A DNA stretch of 61,533 bases, filler included. It is 5 parts of 5 records of this genome, joined end to end, with 100 filler letters (N's around TTAATTAATTAA, not from the genome) between each part and the next. Parts side by side here need not be neighbours in the genome. Positions count along the whole stretch, not along the records: positions 9,249 to 36,451 come from SRR2962707_3178; 4 more parts are not named here. The stretch is one strand, 5' to 3'. Below are positions 9,687 through 19,276 of this stretch, one piece after another. Numbering within the stretch: position 1 is the stretch's first letter; each line of letters starts with the position of its first letter. The notes under the pieces were generated by a model, which made no database searches, was not told the DNA's origin, and saw nothing but the letters and a program-made list of their open reading frames with translations. The position numbers and the translations under genes are program-made.

Positions 9687-10370
9687 TCAGCCTCGTCCGT
9701 AGAGGCGCATGAAGTGTGCCGCAGCGGTTGCGGATATGGTCTGGATCTCGTCAGCATCCGGGCGACGGTCTTCGCCCAAGAGTGCGCGAATCTGCGTGTC
9801 GGCCACGGCCAGGCCGAAGAAGGTGCGGCAAGCCGTATCAACCTGATCAAAACTCAGCAAGCCCTCTGCCCTGCCCGCTTCGAACAAAGGTTCAAGCCGG
9901 TGCTTCATGGCAAACGGGCCATTGGTGAGAACGATCGCACCGAGCCGGCTCTTGCCCGATCCGGCATGAGAGACGGCGGCGCGGTTGAGCGCGATCGACA
10001 GATCGCCGGTGATCACCGTCAACCAGCTTTCGGCAAAACCGGTGAGTGCCGCCTCGAGGCTTGCGCGCGTCAGCTTGTCCTGCGGCAGTTTCGGCATCCG
10101 AACCTTGGAAGCCTGCCAGCGCACGGTGGCCGTCAGCAGACCGTCGCGGTCGTCAAACCATTTGTAAAGCGTCTCCTTGGAGCAACTTGCGGCACGCGCG
10201 ACGGCCGCCACGGAAAACCCGTCGCCTTCCGCCACCATCAGCTTGAGCACGGCGCTGAGCACTTCCTGCTGCCGCTCGGACAGCCCCTCGCCCGCCGACG
10301 CATCAATGGTCGCGTCGGCAGGCTCTGCGGTCTGCTTGGGAGCAGCATCTGGGGCAAGTGACATGTTCAT
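9687..10370 (-). CDS. TetR/AcrR family regulator
   Basis: HTH AVARAASCSKETLYKWF; start uncertain (10364-10379). Confidence 0.88.
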   Translation of the reverse strand: MNMSLAPDAAPKQTAEPADATIDASAGEGLSERQQEVLSAVLKLMVAEGDGFSVAAVARAASCSKETLYKWFDDRDGLLTATVRWQASKVRMPKLPQDKLTRASLEAALTGFAESWLTVITGDLSIALNRAAVSHAGSGKSRLGAIVLTNGPFAMKHRLEPLFEAGRAEGLLSFDQVDTACRTFFGLAVADTQIRALLGEDRRPDADEIQTISATAAAHFMRLYGRG

Positions 10371-10378
10371 GTGAGGCA

Positions 10379-10406
10379 TGTACCGTACCGTACGGTACAG
10401 TGTCAA
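10379..10406 (-). promoter_or_regulatory. Sigma70-type -35 (TTGACA) plus perfect 10-bp inverted repeat operator
   Basis: TGTACCGTAC-C-GTACGGTACA at 10379-10399; TTGACA on minus strand at 10406-10401. Confidence 0.7.
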
Positions 10407-10512
10407 GTCAAAGAAACCGGGACTCCACTCTCCAAGCTCTCATAAAAGCGCCGCGAACCCGGTGGGTGCGCGGCGCGGTTGGAACGGGCGTGGATAGGTC
10501 AGGCCGCAGTCA

Positions 10513-10959
10513 TCAGCGCTCTGAATCCATCACGTGCAGTTTCTCGACGCGGCGGCGGAATTCCTCGCTGGTGGAGAATTCGGCTTCCAGAAAGGCCCGG
10601 ATCAGGTCGCTGGCAAGCCAGGGGCCGACGATCTGGGCGCCGATGCACATGACATTGACGTCATCGTGCTCGACGCACTGATGCGCCGAGTGGACATCAT
10701 GACAGACGGCTGCGCGGATGCCCTTGACCTTGTTGGCGGCAATCGACGCGCCAACGCCGGTACCGCACACCATGACGGCGCGGTCAGCGCTACCATCAGC
10801 CAACGCACCAGTCACCAGCTTGGCAATGTCGGGGAAATCCACCGGCTGATCGTCGAACGACCCGACATCGATAACTTCGTGGCCAAGCGCCTTGATGGCT
10901 TCCAGGGCATGCGCCTTCATGGGAAAACCGGCATGATCGGAACCGACAACTATTCGCAT
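10513..10959 (-). CDS. rpiB: RpiB/LacA/LacB family sugar-phosphate isomerase
   Basis: GSDHAG, CGTGVG, ANKVKGIRA, HDDVN motifs. Confidence 0.9.
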   Translation of the reverse strand: MRIVVGSDHAGFPMKAHALEAIKALGHEVIDVGSFDDQPVDFPDIAKLVTGALADGSADRAVMVCGTGVGASIAANKVKGIRAAVCHDVHSAHQCVEHDDVNVMCIGAQIVGPWLASDLIRAFLEAEFSTSEEFRRRVEKLHVMDSER

Positions 10960-10982
10960 TTTGGATTTTCCTTCCAATGGGG

Positions 10983-12257
10983 CTAACGCAGGAAGCTGGG
11001 AAGCCAGAGTACAAGATCAGGGGCGAAGGTGATCACACCGAGCGTCAGCAGCAGCGGGATGTAGAACGGGGCCAGCGCCTTGAGCAGCTCGCGCAGCGAG
11101 ATATCGGCTATCGAGCAGACCAGGAACAGCGACAGTCCCATCGGCGGGGTCAGCAAGCCAATCATCAGGTTGAAGATCGCCACGATGCCAAGATGCACGG
11201 GATCCACTCCGGCCAGCACCATTGGCGGTGCAATCACCGGCACCACAAGCAGGGTTGCGGTGGTCGAATCCAGGAACATGCCGGCGATGAAGAAGATCAG
11301 ATTGGCGATCAGCAGCAGCACCAGCGGGTTGGTCGAGAACTGCAGGATCATTGCTGCAAAATCCTGCGGCACCTGCTCGACGGCCAAGATCCAGCCAAAC
11401 AGCGCGGCAGCAGCAACAATGATCAGGATCGCGCTGGTGGAGCGCACGGTCGCAAGCATCGAGTTCCACAAATGCGCCCATGTCAGCTCCCCGTAAATCA
11501 GCGCGCTGATGAGGATGACATAGACGGCGGTGACAGCTGCGGCTTCGGTGGGGGTGAACAGGCCAAGAAGCATACCGGAGATCATCAGCACGGGGGCAAT
11601 AATGGCCGGCAGCGCTGGCAGCAGCGACTCCCAGACTTCCCTCGCAGTCGGCCAGCGATCTGCGCGCGGCATGGTGTGGCGTATAGACAGGATTGCTGCC
11701 GTGAGCATCAGCAGGGCGACACAGATGAGCGCGGGAACGATGCCGGCAAGCAGCAATTGCACGATGGAGACACTTGTCACCGAGCCATAGACTATGAGCG
11801 GGATGCTGGGCGGAAAGATCGGACCGACCACGGCCGATGACGCAGTGACGGCGGCCGAAAACGGCGCCGAGAAGCCGCGCTTGCGCATCGCCTCGATTTC
11901 GATCTTGCCGAGCCCGCCGACATCGGCAAGGGCGGCACCTGACATGCCGGAAAAGATCAGCGAGGAGAAGATGTTGACCTGTGCAAGGCCACCGGGCGCA
12001 CGACCGACCAGTGTATCGGCATAGCGGAAGATGCGATCAGTCACTCCGGACAGGTTCATCAGATTGCCGACGAAAATGAAAACCGGAACGGCAACCAGGG
12101 GAAAACTGTCGAGCGCATAGGTGATGCGCTGGGCCAGCAGACCGAGCGGAAAGCCTTCCATCAGGATATAGACGATGCTCGGCAGCAGGATGGCGTAGAC
12201 CACCGGGAAGCCGATGATGAACAGCGCCAGGAAGGCGACAATGATGAACATACCCAT
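10983..12257 (-). CDS. dctM: TRAP transporter large permease
   Basis: SGMSGAALAD, GPIFPPSIP, GLLTPPMG motifs; start at MGMFII. Confidence 0.93.
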   Translation of the reverse strand: MGMFIIVAFLALFIIGFPVVYAILLPSIVYILMEGFPLGLLAQRITYALDSFPLVAVPVFIFVGNLMNLSGVTDRIFRYADTLVGRAPGGLAQVNIFSSLIFSGMSGAALADVGGLGKIEIEAMRKRGFSAPFSAAVTASSAVVGPIFPPSIPLIVYGSVTSVSIVQLLLAGIVPALICVALLMLTAAILSIRHTMPRADRWPTAREVWESLLPALPAIIAPVLMISGMLLGLFTPTEAAAVTAVYVILISALIYGELTWAHLWNSMLATVRSTSAILIIVAAAALFGWILAVEQVPQDFAAMILQFSTNPLVLLLIANLIFFIAGMFLDSTTATLLVVPVIAPPMVLAGVDPVHLGIVAIFNLMIGLLTPPMGLSLFLVCSIADISLRELLKALAPFYIPLLLTLGVITFAPDLVLWLPSFLR

Positions 12258-12265
12258 GACCGGTC

Positions 12266-12733
12266 TCAGATGCTGACGCTGGTGGCCTTCTGCGGCGGCT
12301 TGCGCAGATGGACAAGGTGGACGACCGCCGCAGCGGCGAAACCGAAGAATGTGGAGCCGAGGAAGAGCCAGAACGGGATCTTCAGCGTCGGCGTGGCGTT
12401 GTTGAGATTCTTGCCCATCGTGCCGAGCACCGCGTAGGCAACCAGTCCGGTTATAAAAATGGCGCACAGAGAGGTCAGCACGTCGAGAAACTTCCGCGGC
12501 AGATCCGGCAACGCCTTGCGCAGATCACCCATGACGATGTTCTCACCCGCTTCGACCACGAGGGGAAAGCTGACGAACACCACACAGATCAGCAAAAAGC
12601 GGGTGAACTCCTCCGCACCGACGATGGGAGCCCCAAAAACCGAGCGCATGATGATCTGGGCAAATGGCACGAACACCAAGGCGCCGAGCAGAAACACGCT
12701 GGCAATTTCAACGAAGCGTCTGGCAAATTTCAT
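12266..12733 (-). CDS. dctQ: TRAP transporter small permease
   Basis: Four TM segments, AEEFTRFL motif, between dctP and dctM. Confidence 0.88.
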   Translation of the reverse strand: MKFARRFVEIASVFLLGALVFVPFAQIIMRSVFGAPIVGAEEFTRFLLICVVFVSFPLVVEAGENIVMGDLRKALPDLPRKFLDVLTSLCAIFITGLVAYAVLGTMGKNLNNATPTLKIPFWLFLGSTFFGFAAAAVVHLVHLRKPPQKATSVSI

Positions 12734-12789
12734 GGCCCCCTCCCCGGGGTTGGCGAGCGTCCGAAGACGCCCGCCGAAAGACACAAGGG

Positions 12790-13788
12790 TTACTTAACCG
12801 CTGCGATCTGTTCGATGTAGGGAGCAAAATCCGGGAAGTCTGTCCGGATCTGGTTCAGCACCGGAGTGCGGAACGCTTCCATGTCGAGGCCATCGGCTTC
12901 GGTGATGACAGTCATGCCGTTCTTCTTCAGCTCCTCGACCAGGCCAGCTTCCGATTCCTGCGCCCAGCGCAGCGATTCGGCGGCCTTCTCATCAAGAACC
13001 TTGGTGATCTTGGCGCGATTGTCCTCGCTCAGGCCCTGCCAGGCGTCTTCATTGACGAAGACGGCGAGCACGGAGTGCATGTGACCGGTCATGGCGACAT
13101 GTGACTGCACTTCATAAAGCTTGTTGGCCGAAATCATGGTGAGCGGATTTTCCTGCCCGACCACCAGACCGGTCATCAGTGCGGTCGGAAGTTCAGAGAC
13201 CTCCACCGGGGTCGGCGTGGCGCCAAAACCCTTGACCATCGACACCCAGAGATCGAGCGGAACAGCGCGGAAGGGCTTATCCTTGAGATCGGCAGGCGAC
13301 TTGACCTCGAAGTTGGACGAGATGTGACGCGCGCCGCGATAGATGCGACCGATGATGCGGACTCCGCCCTCCTCGATCAGCTTGGCATTGATGGCCTGCA
13401 GTGCCGGCGAGCCGTTCGGATCGGTGGCAGCCAGAGCCTGTTCGGCATTGCGATAGATGAACGGGGCATTGAACACCGCCACGTCCGGCACGATGCGGGC
13501 CAGCGAGGCGAAGTCATGATGGCCCATGGAGATCGAGCCGAGGCGCACGCCATCGACCATTTCCGCGACGCCGCCAAGCTGGCTGGCCGGGAAGACCTTG
13601 ACCGTGACGTCACCTCCCGTGGCGTCGTCGATGCCGGCGGCAGCTTCCGCCGCATAGCGGGTCTGGATATCGCCTTCGGAGCCTACATGCGCATAGCGCA
13701 GTTCTTCAGACAGAACCGGGGCTGACAGGAGACCCAGGGCCAGGATGGTGGACGCAATGCGCCCGGTAATCGAAGTATACATACTCAC
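12790..13788 (-). CDS. dctP: TRAP transporter substrate-binding protein (DctP family)
   Basis: Signal peptide, FPASQLG, ELPTALMTGLVVGQENP, LYEVQ. Confidence 0.93.
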   Translation of the reverse strand: MSMYTSITGRIASTILALGLLSAPVLSEELRYAHVGSEGDIQTRYAAEAAAGIDDATGGDVTVKVFPASQLGGVAEMVDGVRLGSISMGHHDFASLARIVPDVAVFNAPFIYRNAEQALAATDPNGSPALQAINAKLIEEGGVRIIGRIYRGARHISSNFEVKSPADLKDKPFRAVPLDLWVSMVKGFGATPTPVEVSELPTALMTGLVVGQENPLTMISANKLYEVQSHVAMTGHMHSVLAVFVNEDAWQGLSEDNRAKITKVLDEKAAESLRWAQESEAGLVEELKKNGMTVITEADGLDMEAFRTPVLNQIRTDFPDFAPYIEQIAAVK

Positions 13789-13809
13789 TCCTCCACTGTT
13801 GATTTTACT

Positions 13810-14568
13810 CTACTCCGCCATGCCACCACTGCTGAAAGCAGCAATGATGCTTTTGCGGCGCAGTTCGTCGCCGATCGCGAAATGTTCGCGCAACCGATGA
13901 TCGGCTGCGTCTCCATCCCCCTCCACGATCGAAAGGAAGACCTGGCGGTGGGATTCCACCAGGTCGTCAATGACTTTCGGTGTCTTGTGCGTCACCTGAC
14001 GGCGCTCGACATGGTTCTGCATCAGCAGTTCCGAGATCGCCTTGTAGAGCGTGATCAGCGCCTGGCTGTGACTTGCCTGGACGATCGCCGCATGGAAGCG
14101 GAAGTCGGCCATGCCACCCTTTTCCGGATCTGACAGCGTGTTGATGAGAGCCGTAAGGCAGCCACCGATCCGGTCCAGATCACTGTCGGTTGCGCGCTCA
14201 CAGGCAAGCCGGATTGCCTGGCATTCAATCGCCATGCGCGCCTGCATGATATCCTCGGACACGTTTTGTTCCTGAGCCAGACTGAAGGTGAAGAAATTGG
14301 TCAGCACGGAGATGTCCGCCTTGCCGACAAAGGCGCCGCTGCCGTGCCGGATATCGACGAGACCGAGCATGGCAAGCGACCGCATCGTCTCCCGCAGCAA
14401 TGGACGGCCGACATTGAGCTGAGCGGCCAGATCACGCTCGGCGGGCAACCGGTCACCGGTCTTGAGCTCACCGGAAAGAACCTTGCCGCGGAAAAAAGCG
14501 AACACCCGTTCGCTTCCGGTCTGAGGGTCTTGCTCATCTTTTGCTGTGGTTTCGTTCATTGGTTCCAT
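13810..14568 (-). CDS. GntR/FadR family regulator
   Basis: GDRLPAERDLAAQLNVGR HTH and FCD domain (DFRFH). Confidence 0.92.
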   Translation of the reverse strand: MEPMNETTAKDEQDPQTGSERVFAFFRGKVLSGELKTGDRLPAERDLAAQLNVGRPLLRETMRSLAMLGLVDIRHGSGAFVGKADISVLTNFFTFSLAQEQNVSEDIMQARMAIECQAIRLACERATDSDLDRIGGCLTALINTLSDPEKGGMADFRFHAAIVQASHSQALITLYKAISELLMQNHVERRQVTHKTPKVIDDLVESHRQVFLSIVEGDGDAADHRLREHFAIGDELRRKSIIAAFSSGGMAE

Positions 14569-14958
14569 CCAGTGGTCTTACCTCTTTAGACCTTTAGATC
14601 ACTGCAGAGTCAAGACTGAGGTCCAAAAATCAATCGATACCCGGAAATCAGATCGGGTTGGCTGCACTTTGAAGCAGAATAAGGCTTCGACTGAGACAGC
14701 TTCGAAAAGAATCAGACCACTTGCGACCAATTTTCACTGTCCATGCTGTGGTGCACTTCTCGGGCACCGCAGCTGCCCTGCCGCAAACCACACACCACGC
14801 CGCCCCTCTGTCGCGGGCACCATCAGAAGATCCGATGGGATACGCACGCGCATGAAGAGAAGGACGCGCAGAGGAAGATCCTCAACCGCCGCCGCAATTA
14901 AACCTGAAACAAGTCGATATCTCCGCTCCGGGCATTTGAGCTTCGGGCGCGCTTCGGT

Positions 14959-15762
14959 ATGGACATTCAACTTTTTGCCATCATCATTTTGACCTTCGTC
15001 ATTCATCTGATCGGCACGCTGGCGTTTGCGTTCCGGATTGCCGGAATCCGGACCGGGCATATTGCGATTGCGTTTTCGCTGTTCAATGCAATGGTGCTGG
15101 TGTCACGCACATCGAATTCGTTTCAGGCGCCGCTTCTGGCCAAGCGGGTGGAAAGTTCGATCCTCGAGGCTGGCTCAAGCCATTTGCAATGGGATTTCGC
15201 GTTGATCCTGGCGGCAGCCTCGGTGGCGACCGTGGTTGGCGGATTGCTGATCCCGACGGTTCAACGACTTGCCACGGGCGCTGTAGCGAGCTTCAAGAAA
15301 CGGCGCAATCTGGTGGCGCTGATGCTCAAGACACTCACCCCGCGCGGCGCAGGCGTGGTCATGCAATCGGTGGCCTTGCCGCGTTATCAGAACCTGACAT
15401 CGCTGAGATTCTCGACCGGCTTTCCCGCCGTCTATATCGGCATGAATTTCGCAGCCACGGCGCTGTGGACGGTGGGCGTTCTGTCGGCCATCTATGCCGG
15501 ATCACTGGATCCGGATTTCCGGGTGACGGCGAGCTCACTGTCAGCGGTGATCAACGGTGTGGCCACGATCATGATGTTCATCCTGATCGACCCCTATCTC
15601 GCCGGGCTGACCGACGATGTGGTCGAAGGCGAGGTCAGCCACGGGTTTTACCGCCGGGTGCTGGTCTGGATGGTGCTGAGCCGGCTGGCCGGAACCCTCT
15701 TCGCCCAGCTCCTGCTGGTCCCGGGCGCGCATCTGATCGTGGCGATCGCCAGGTGGATCTGA
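14959..15762 (+). CDS. amj: Amj-family (DUF2837) lipid II flippase-like membrane protein
   Basis: TFVIHLIGTLA, SLFN..VLVSRTSNSFQAP, SAVINGVATI..IDP motifs typical of Amj. Confidence 0.78.
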   Translation: MDIQLFAIIILTFVIHLIGTLAFAFRIAGIRTGHIAIAFSLFNAMVLVSRTSNSFQAPLLAKRVESSILEAGSSHLQWDFALILAAASVATVVGGLLIPTVQRLATGAVASFKKRRNLVALMLKTLTPRGAGVVMQSVALPRYQNLTSLRFSTGFPAVYIGMNFAATALWTVGVLSAIYAGSLDPDFRVTASSLSAVINGVATIMMFILIDPYLAGLTDDVVEGEVSHGFYRRVLVWMVLSRLAGTLFAQLLLVPGAHLIVAIARWI

Positions 15763-15764
15763 AC

Positions 15765-16277
15765 TCAGTTAGGGGCCGTGCCCGGAGAGGGAACGGGGGT
15801 CGGCAGCAGGCGGCAGCGGACCATGGTCGAGCCTTCACCATCAGAGCCTGTGCTCAGGCGCATCTGGCGGCTGGACAGCATCTGGATCGAGATGCTCCGC
15901 CTGGTGGTTTTCTTGCCCCTGGCCTTGCAGGTTGCATCAAGGCGGTTGACGACAGACCCCGGCTCGCCTTGTGAGATTTCGCAGGTTTCACCCGAGCGGC
16001 GAATGCTGTCCGGGGTAATGACGGCGAAGCCCTGAAAGGCGGTCTGATCCATCATCGCGCATTTGTCGCCATCGGTGGCCCAAACACCGACATAGGACAG
16101 CCTGCTCTGGCTGCGGTCGTGGTGGAGCGCGGAAATTGTATCTTTGCGCAACAGGCTCTCTGGCGGCAGCACTGCGTCGAGATTCACGACAGGTTTTGCT
16201 GACTGCGACGAAGGCTGCGCGACACAGCCCGACAGCGCCAGCATTGCGATTGTGACGGTTATCTTGATGCGACTCAT
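15765..16277 (-). CDS. Putative lipoprotein
   Basis: Lipobox LSGC after signal peptide; GVWA motif; further Cys residues. Confidence 0.65.
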   Translation of the reverse strand: MSRIKITVTIAMLALSGCVAQPSSQSAKPVVNLDAVLPPESLLRKDTISALHHDRSQSRLSYVGVWATDGDKCAMMDQTAFQGFAVITPDSIRRSGETCEISQGEPGSVVNRLDATCKARGKKTTRRSISIQMLSSRQMRLSTGSDGEGSTMVRCRLLPTPVPSPGTAPN

Positions 16278-16338
16278 AGTGACCCCGGCTAATGCGTAGC
16301 GGCTTTCTGGCCGAGCAATTTGCCAATTTCAAGATATA

Positions 16339-16740
16339 TCAGGTCTCGCCCTGTGCATCATACTGTTTTCTCGCCGCATCAACCCGGGCAAAATTGTCTC
16401 CCGCCCAGATCACCAGGTCATTGAGAGGCGTAAGCATGGAGGTTCCCAAACCGGTCAGCCCGTATTCGACGCTTGGCGGCTTGGTGGGGTAGACCTTGCG
16501 GTAAACATAGCCGTCGCGCTCGAGATCGCGCAGTGTCTGTGTCAGCATCCGCTGGGAAATGTCGGGCACCAGACGGCGCAATTCGCCAAAGCGGTAGGGC
16601 CGCTCAGCCAGCGCCAGCAGCAGCAAGGTGCTCCATTTGCCGAAGATGCCCTGCATGACCTGGCGCACCGGGCAATTCTCCAGTGACTGCTCCCCCTGCA
16701 ACATCCGGATCCGGTCAGAGAATGGGATAGGCGCATCCAT
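16339..16740 (-). CDS. HxlR family winged-helix regulator
   Basis: CPVR..GKWS, ISQRMLTQTLRDLERDG, PPSVEYGLT. Confidence 0.9.
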   Translation of the reverse strand: MDAPIPFSDRIRMLQGEQSLENCPVRQVMQGIFGKWSTLLLLALAERPYRFGELRRLVPDISQRMLTQTLRDLERDGYVYRKVYPTKPPSVEYGLTGLGTSMLTPLNDLVIWAGDNFARVDAARKQYDAQGET

Positions 16741-16885
16741 GGTGGTTCCCTTCAGGTAACTATCAGCGGCAAAACTGCCTTCTTTCGCATCCTTTCCACA
16801 TACCATATGTGCAGTAACTCTCAATATGAGAGCAGCTTTATTTTTGAGACATTGAACCGCAGTGTCTCCCCTGAAAGGAAACGAC

Positions 16886-17773
16886 ATGACTGGCAAACTT
16901 CTTGTAACAGGCGCTTCGGGACAGCTTGGCGCGGCTGTGGTGCATCACCTGCTGGACACCTTCAAGGTGCCGTCCTCCTCCATCGTCGCCGGTTCGCGTG
17001 ACACCGCGAAGCTCTCGGAGCTTGCCAGCCGCGGCGTCGAGGCCCGCCGAGTCGATTTCGACGATGCATCCTCGCTGCAAGAGAGCTTTGCCGGAGTGGA
17101 TCGGGTTCTGATCATTTCCACCGACGTGCTCGATGGAACAGACAAGCGCCTTCGCCAGCATCAGGCTGCTGTTGCGGCAGCAAAGGAAGCCGGTGTCAGC
17201 CATATCCTCTACACATCCATGCCAAGCCCGGATGACAGCAAGGTGACCTTTGCGCCCGATCACAAGGGAACCGAAGACGCAATCAAGGCAATCGGCCTCG
17301 GCTACACGATTTTCCGCAACAGCTGGTACATGGAGAACCTGTTGATGACGTTGCCGCACGCCGTTGCCAGCGGCCAATGGTACAGCTCGGCAGGCACCGG
17401 CAAAGTCGCCCATATTTCCCGCGACGACGTTGCCCGCGCGATTGCTGCGAGCCTGGCCAAGCCCGCATCTGAAAACGCTGTTTACACACTGACAGGTCCG
17501 GTGGCCTACACGACAGACGAGATTGCCGATCTGGTTTCAAAGGCGGTTGGCAAGCCGCTTGCCGTGGTTCACGTCAATGACGAGCAATTGGGCCAAGGCA
17601 TGGCAGGTGCAGGCGTTCCGGCTCCCTATATCCCGACTTTTGTCTCGTTCGACACCAACACGCGCGAAGGCAAGATCAACATCGTCAGCGATGATGCCGC
17701 CACGCTTTCCGGCGCCAAACTGACGTCGTTGAAAGACTTCCTGAACGCCAGGAAAGCAGCGTTATTGGGCTAA
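16886..17773 (+). CDS. NmrA-like/SDR NAD(P)H oxidoreductase (QorB-like)
   Basis: VTGASGQLG Rossmann motif, RNSWYMEN; divergent from HxlR gene. Confidence 0.85.
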   Translation: MTGKLLVTGASGQLGAAVVHHLLDTFKVPSSSIVAGSRDTAKLSELASRGVEARRVDFDDASSLQESFAGVDRVLIISTDVLDGTDKRLRQHQAAVAAAKEAGVSHILYTSMPSPDDSKVTFAPDHKGTEDAIKAIGLGYTIFRNSWYMENLLMTLPHAVASGQWYSSAGTGKVAHISRDDVARAIAASLAKPASENAVYTLTGPVAYTTDEIADLVSKAVGKPLAVVHVNDEQLGQGMAGAGVPAPYIPTFVSFDTNTREGKINIVSDDAATLSGAKLTSLKDFLNARKAALLG

Positions 17774-17818
17774 CGCCACGACTGCTGCCATGGCTTTGAT
17801 CTCCGGCCATGACGCTGG

Positions 17819-17849
17819 CCTCCCTCTGTCCATCCTTGATGGAGGGAGG
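17819..17849. terminator. Hairpin between convergent genes
   Basis: CCTCCCTC...GAGGGAGG inverted repeat. Confidence 0.45.
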
Positions 17850-17865
17850 TCAGACTATCAAACCT

Positions 17866-18609
17866 TCAGCCGCAAGCCTTGATGAAACGCTTCACGGTTT
17901 CGGCCATGCCGTATTCCAGCGCGTCGGCTGTCAGCCCGTGGCCGATGGAGACTTCGAGAAGATCGGGTAAGGCACGGGCGAGAGCGGGCAGGTTTTCAAC
18001 AGTCAAATCATGACCTGCATTGACGCCGAGACCGAGTTCGGCGGCGATCTGGCCGGATGTCTCGAGCTTCTTGAGTTCCTCGGCAGCGCGGGCTGGATCA
18101 TCATAGGTTCCGCCATAGGGGCCGGTGTAAAACTCCACCCGATTAGCACCCGTGGCCTTGGCGGCTTCAAGGCTCGCGCGGCTGGCGTCGGGATCGCAGA
18201 ACAGCGACACCCGGGCGCCGCCCTTTTTCAGGCGCTGGACCACCGAGCGCAGCACATTGCCCTTGCCTTCGAAATCCCAGCCATGATCCGAGGTCGCCTG
18301 CGACGGATCATCCGGCACCAGGGTCACCTGTTCGGGCGCATTGGCCTCCACCAAATCGAGAAATTCGTCGGTCGGATAGCCTTCCATGTTGAATTCAGCT
18401 TGAGGGAATTCATCGTCAATCAAGGCGCGAATCTGAGGAAGATCGGAGAATCGGATATGGCGCTGGTCGGGTCGCGGGTGCACGGTCAGGCCGTGGGCGC
18501 CGTTCACAAGCGCTATGCGCCCCAGACCGGTAACGCTGGGCCACGGCAGATCACGGCGGTTGCGGAGCATGGCGACGGCATTGAGATTGACGGAAAGCTT
18601 GGCAGTCAT
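17866..18609 (-). CDS. pdxJ: Pyridoxine 5'-phosphate synthase
   Basis: [42 protein letters not shown]. Confidence 0.95.
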   Translation of the reverse strand: MTAKLSVNLNAVAMLRNRRDLPWPSVTGLGRIALVNGAHGLTVHPRPDQRHIRFSDLPQIRALIDDEFPQAEFNMEGYPTDEFLDLVEANAPEQVTLVPDDPSQATSDHGWDFEGKGNVLRSVVQRLKKGGARVSLFCDPDASRASLEAAKATGANRVEFYTGPYGGTYDDPARAAEELKKLETSGQIAAELGLGVNAGHDLTVENLPALARALPDLLEVSIGHGLTADALEYGMAETVKRFIKACG

Positions 18610-18790
18610 GGCGGCCTCACGGGCAAGGACAACAAAAAGAGCGATTGGCCCTCAGACATTACCTAAAGCATTGGCCGGTGATGTTAAAATGAATTTCGGG
18701 AAAGCGAGCATTCGGGATTTCGATCAATGACCGGCGCGCTCAAATTGATGAGCATTCAAGCCACCAGAGAGCTACGAAAATCGCGCCACT

Positions 18791-19072
18791 TCAGGACTTT
18801 CCGCGCCGCAACCGCGTCGAGTAATCCTTCATGTCGGCATTGTAGTTTTCGATCATCCGGCGCTGGCGCTTTTTGCCGATCCTGAGTGCACCCCAGAAAA
18901 ACAGCAACGCAAACACGCCAATCAGCGCGAAAATCGGCCCGCCAAGGTCTTTGGGATCAGATGAGCCGAAAACCTGTTTCAGAAGAGCGTTGAAATCGAC
19001 GGCATGCGCAGGCACGGCGGTCATCAGGACGGCCGGCAGCGCAGCGAATACGGATGAAAGGCGCATGAACAT
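18791..19072 (-). CDS. Small exported/membrane protein of unknown function
   Basis: Signal peptide ending AHA, one TM segment, basic C-terminus. Confidence 0.55.
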   Translation of the reverse strand: MFMRLSSVFAALPAVLMTAVPAHAVDFNALLKQVFGSSDPKDLGGPIFALIGVFALLFFWGALRIGKKRQRRMIENYNADMKDYSTRLRRGKS

Positions 19073-19276
19073 CTTCCCTGTTCAGATAATCCGGGACCAT
19101 TCTAGGGCAAGATTGTTAAAGAACTGGGCACCTCTGCTTCGCCTGCCCGCGGATGAAGACGCCGTGGCTGCCAGATCTCCAGTCCTTGACGCATCCTTGC
19201 CCCCGGCGGCGCTGGCGCTTACCATCAGGCAGGACATGCCAGTGCCCCTGACAAGTCCTTGGCTGGGAGGCTGAAG

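Noticed and set aside
10983-12467. 494-aa DctM with N-terminal extension (apparent DctQM fusion)
   Set aside because: Extension overlaps dctQ in another frame; plausible start is 12257.
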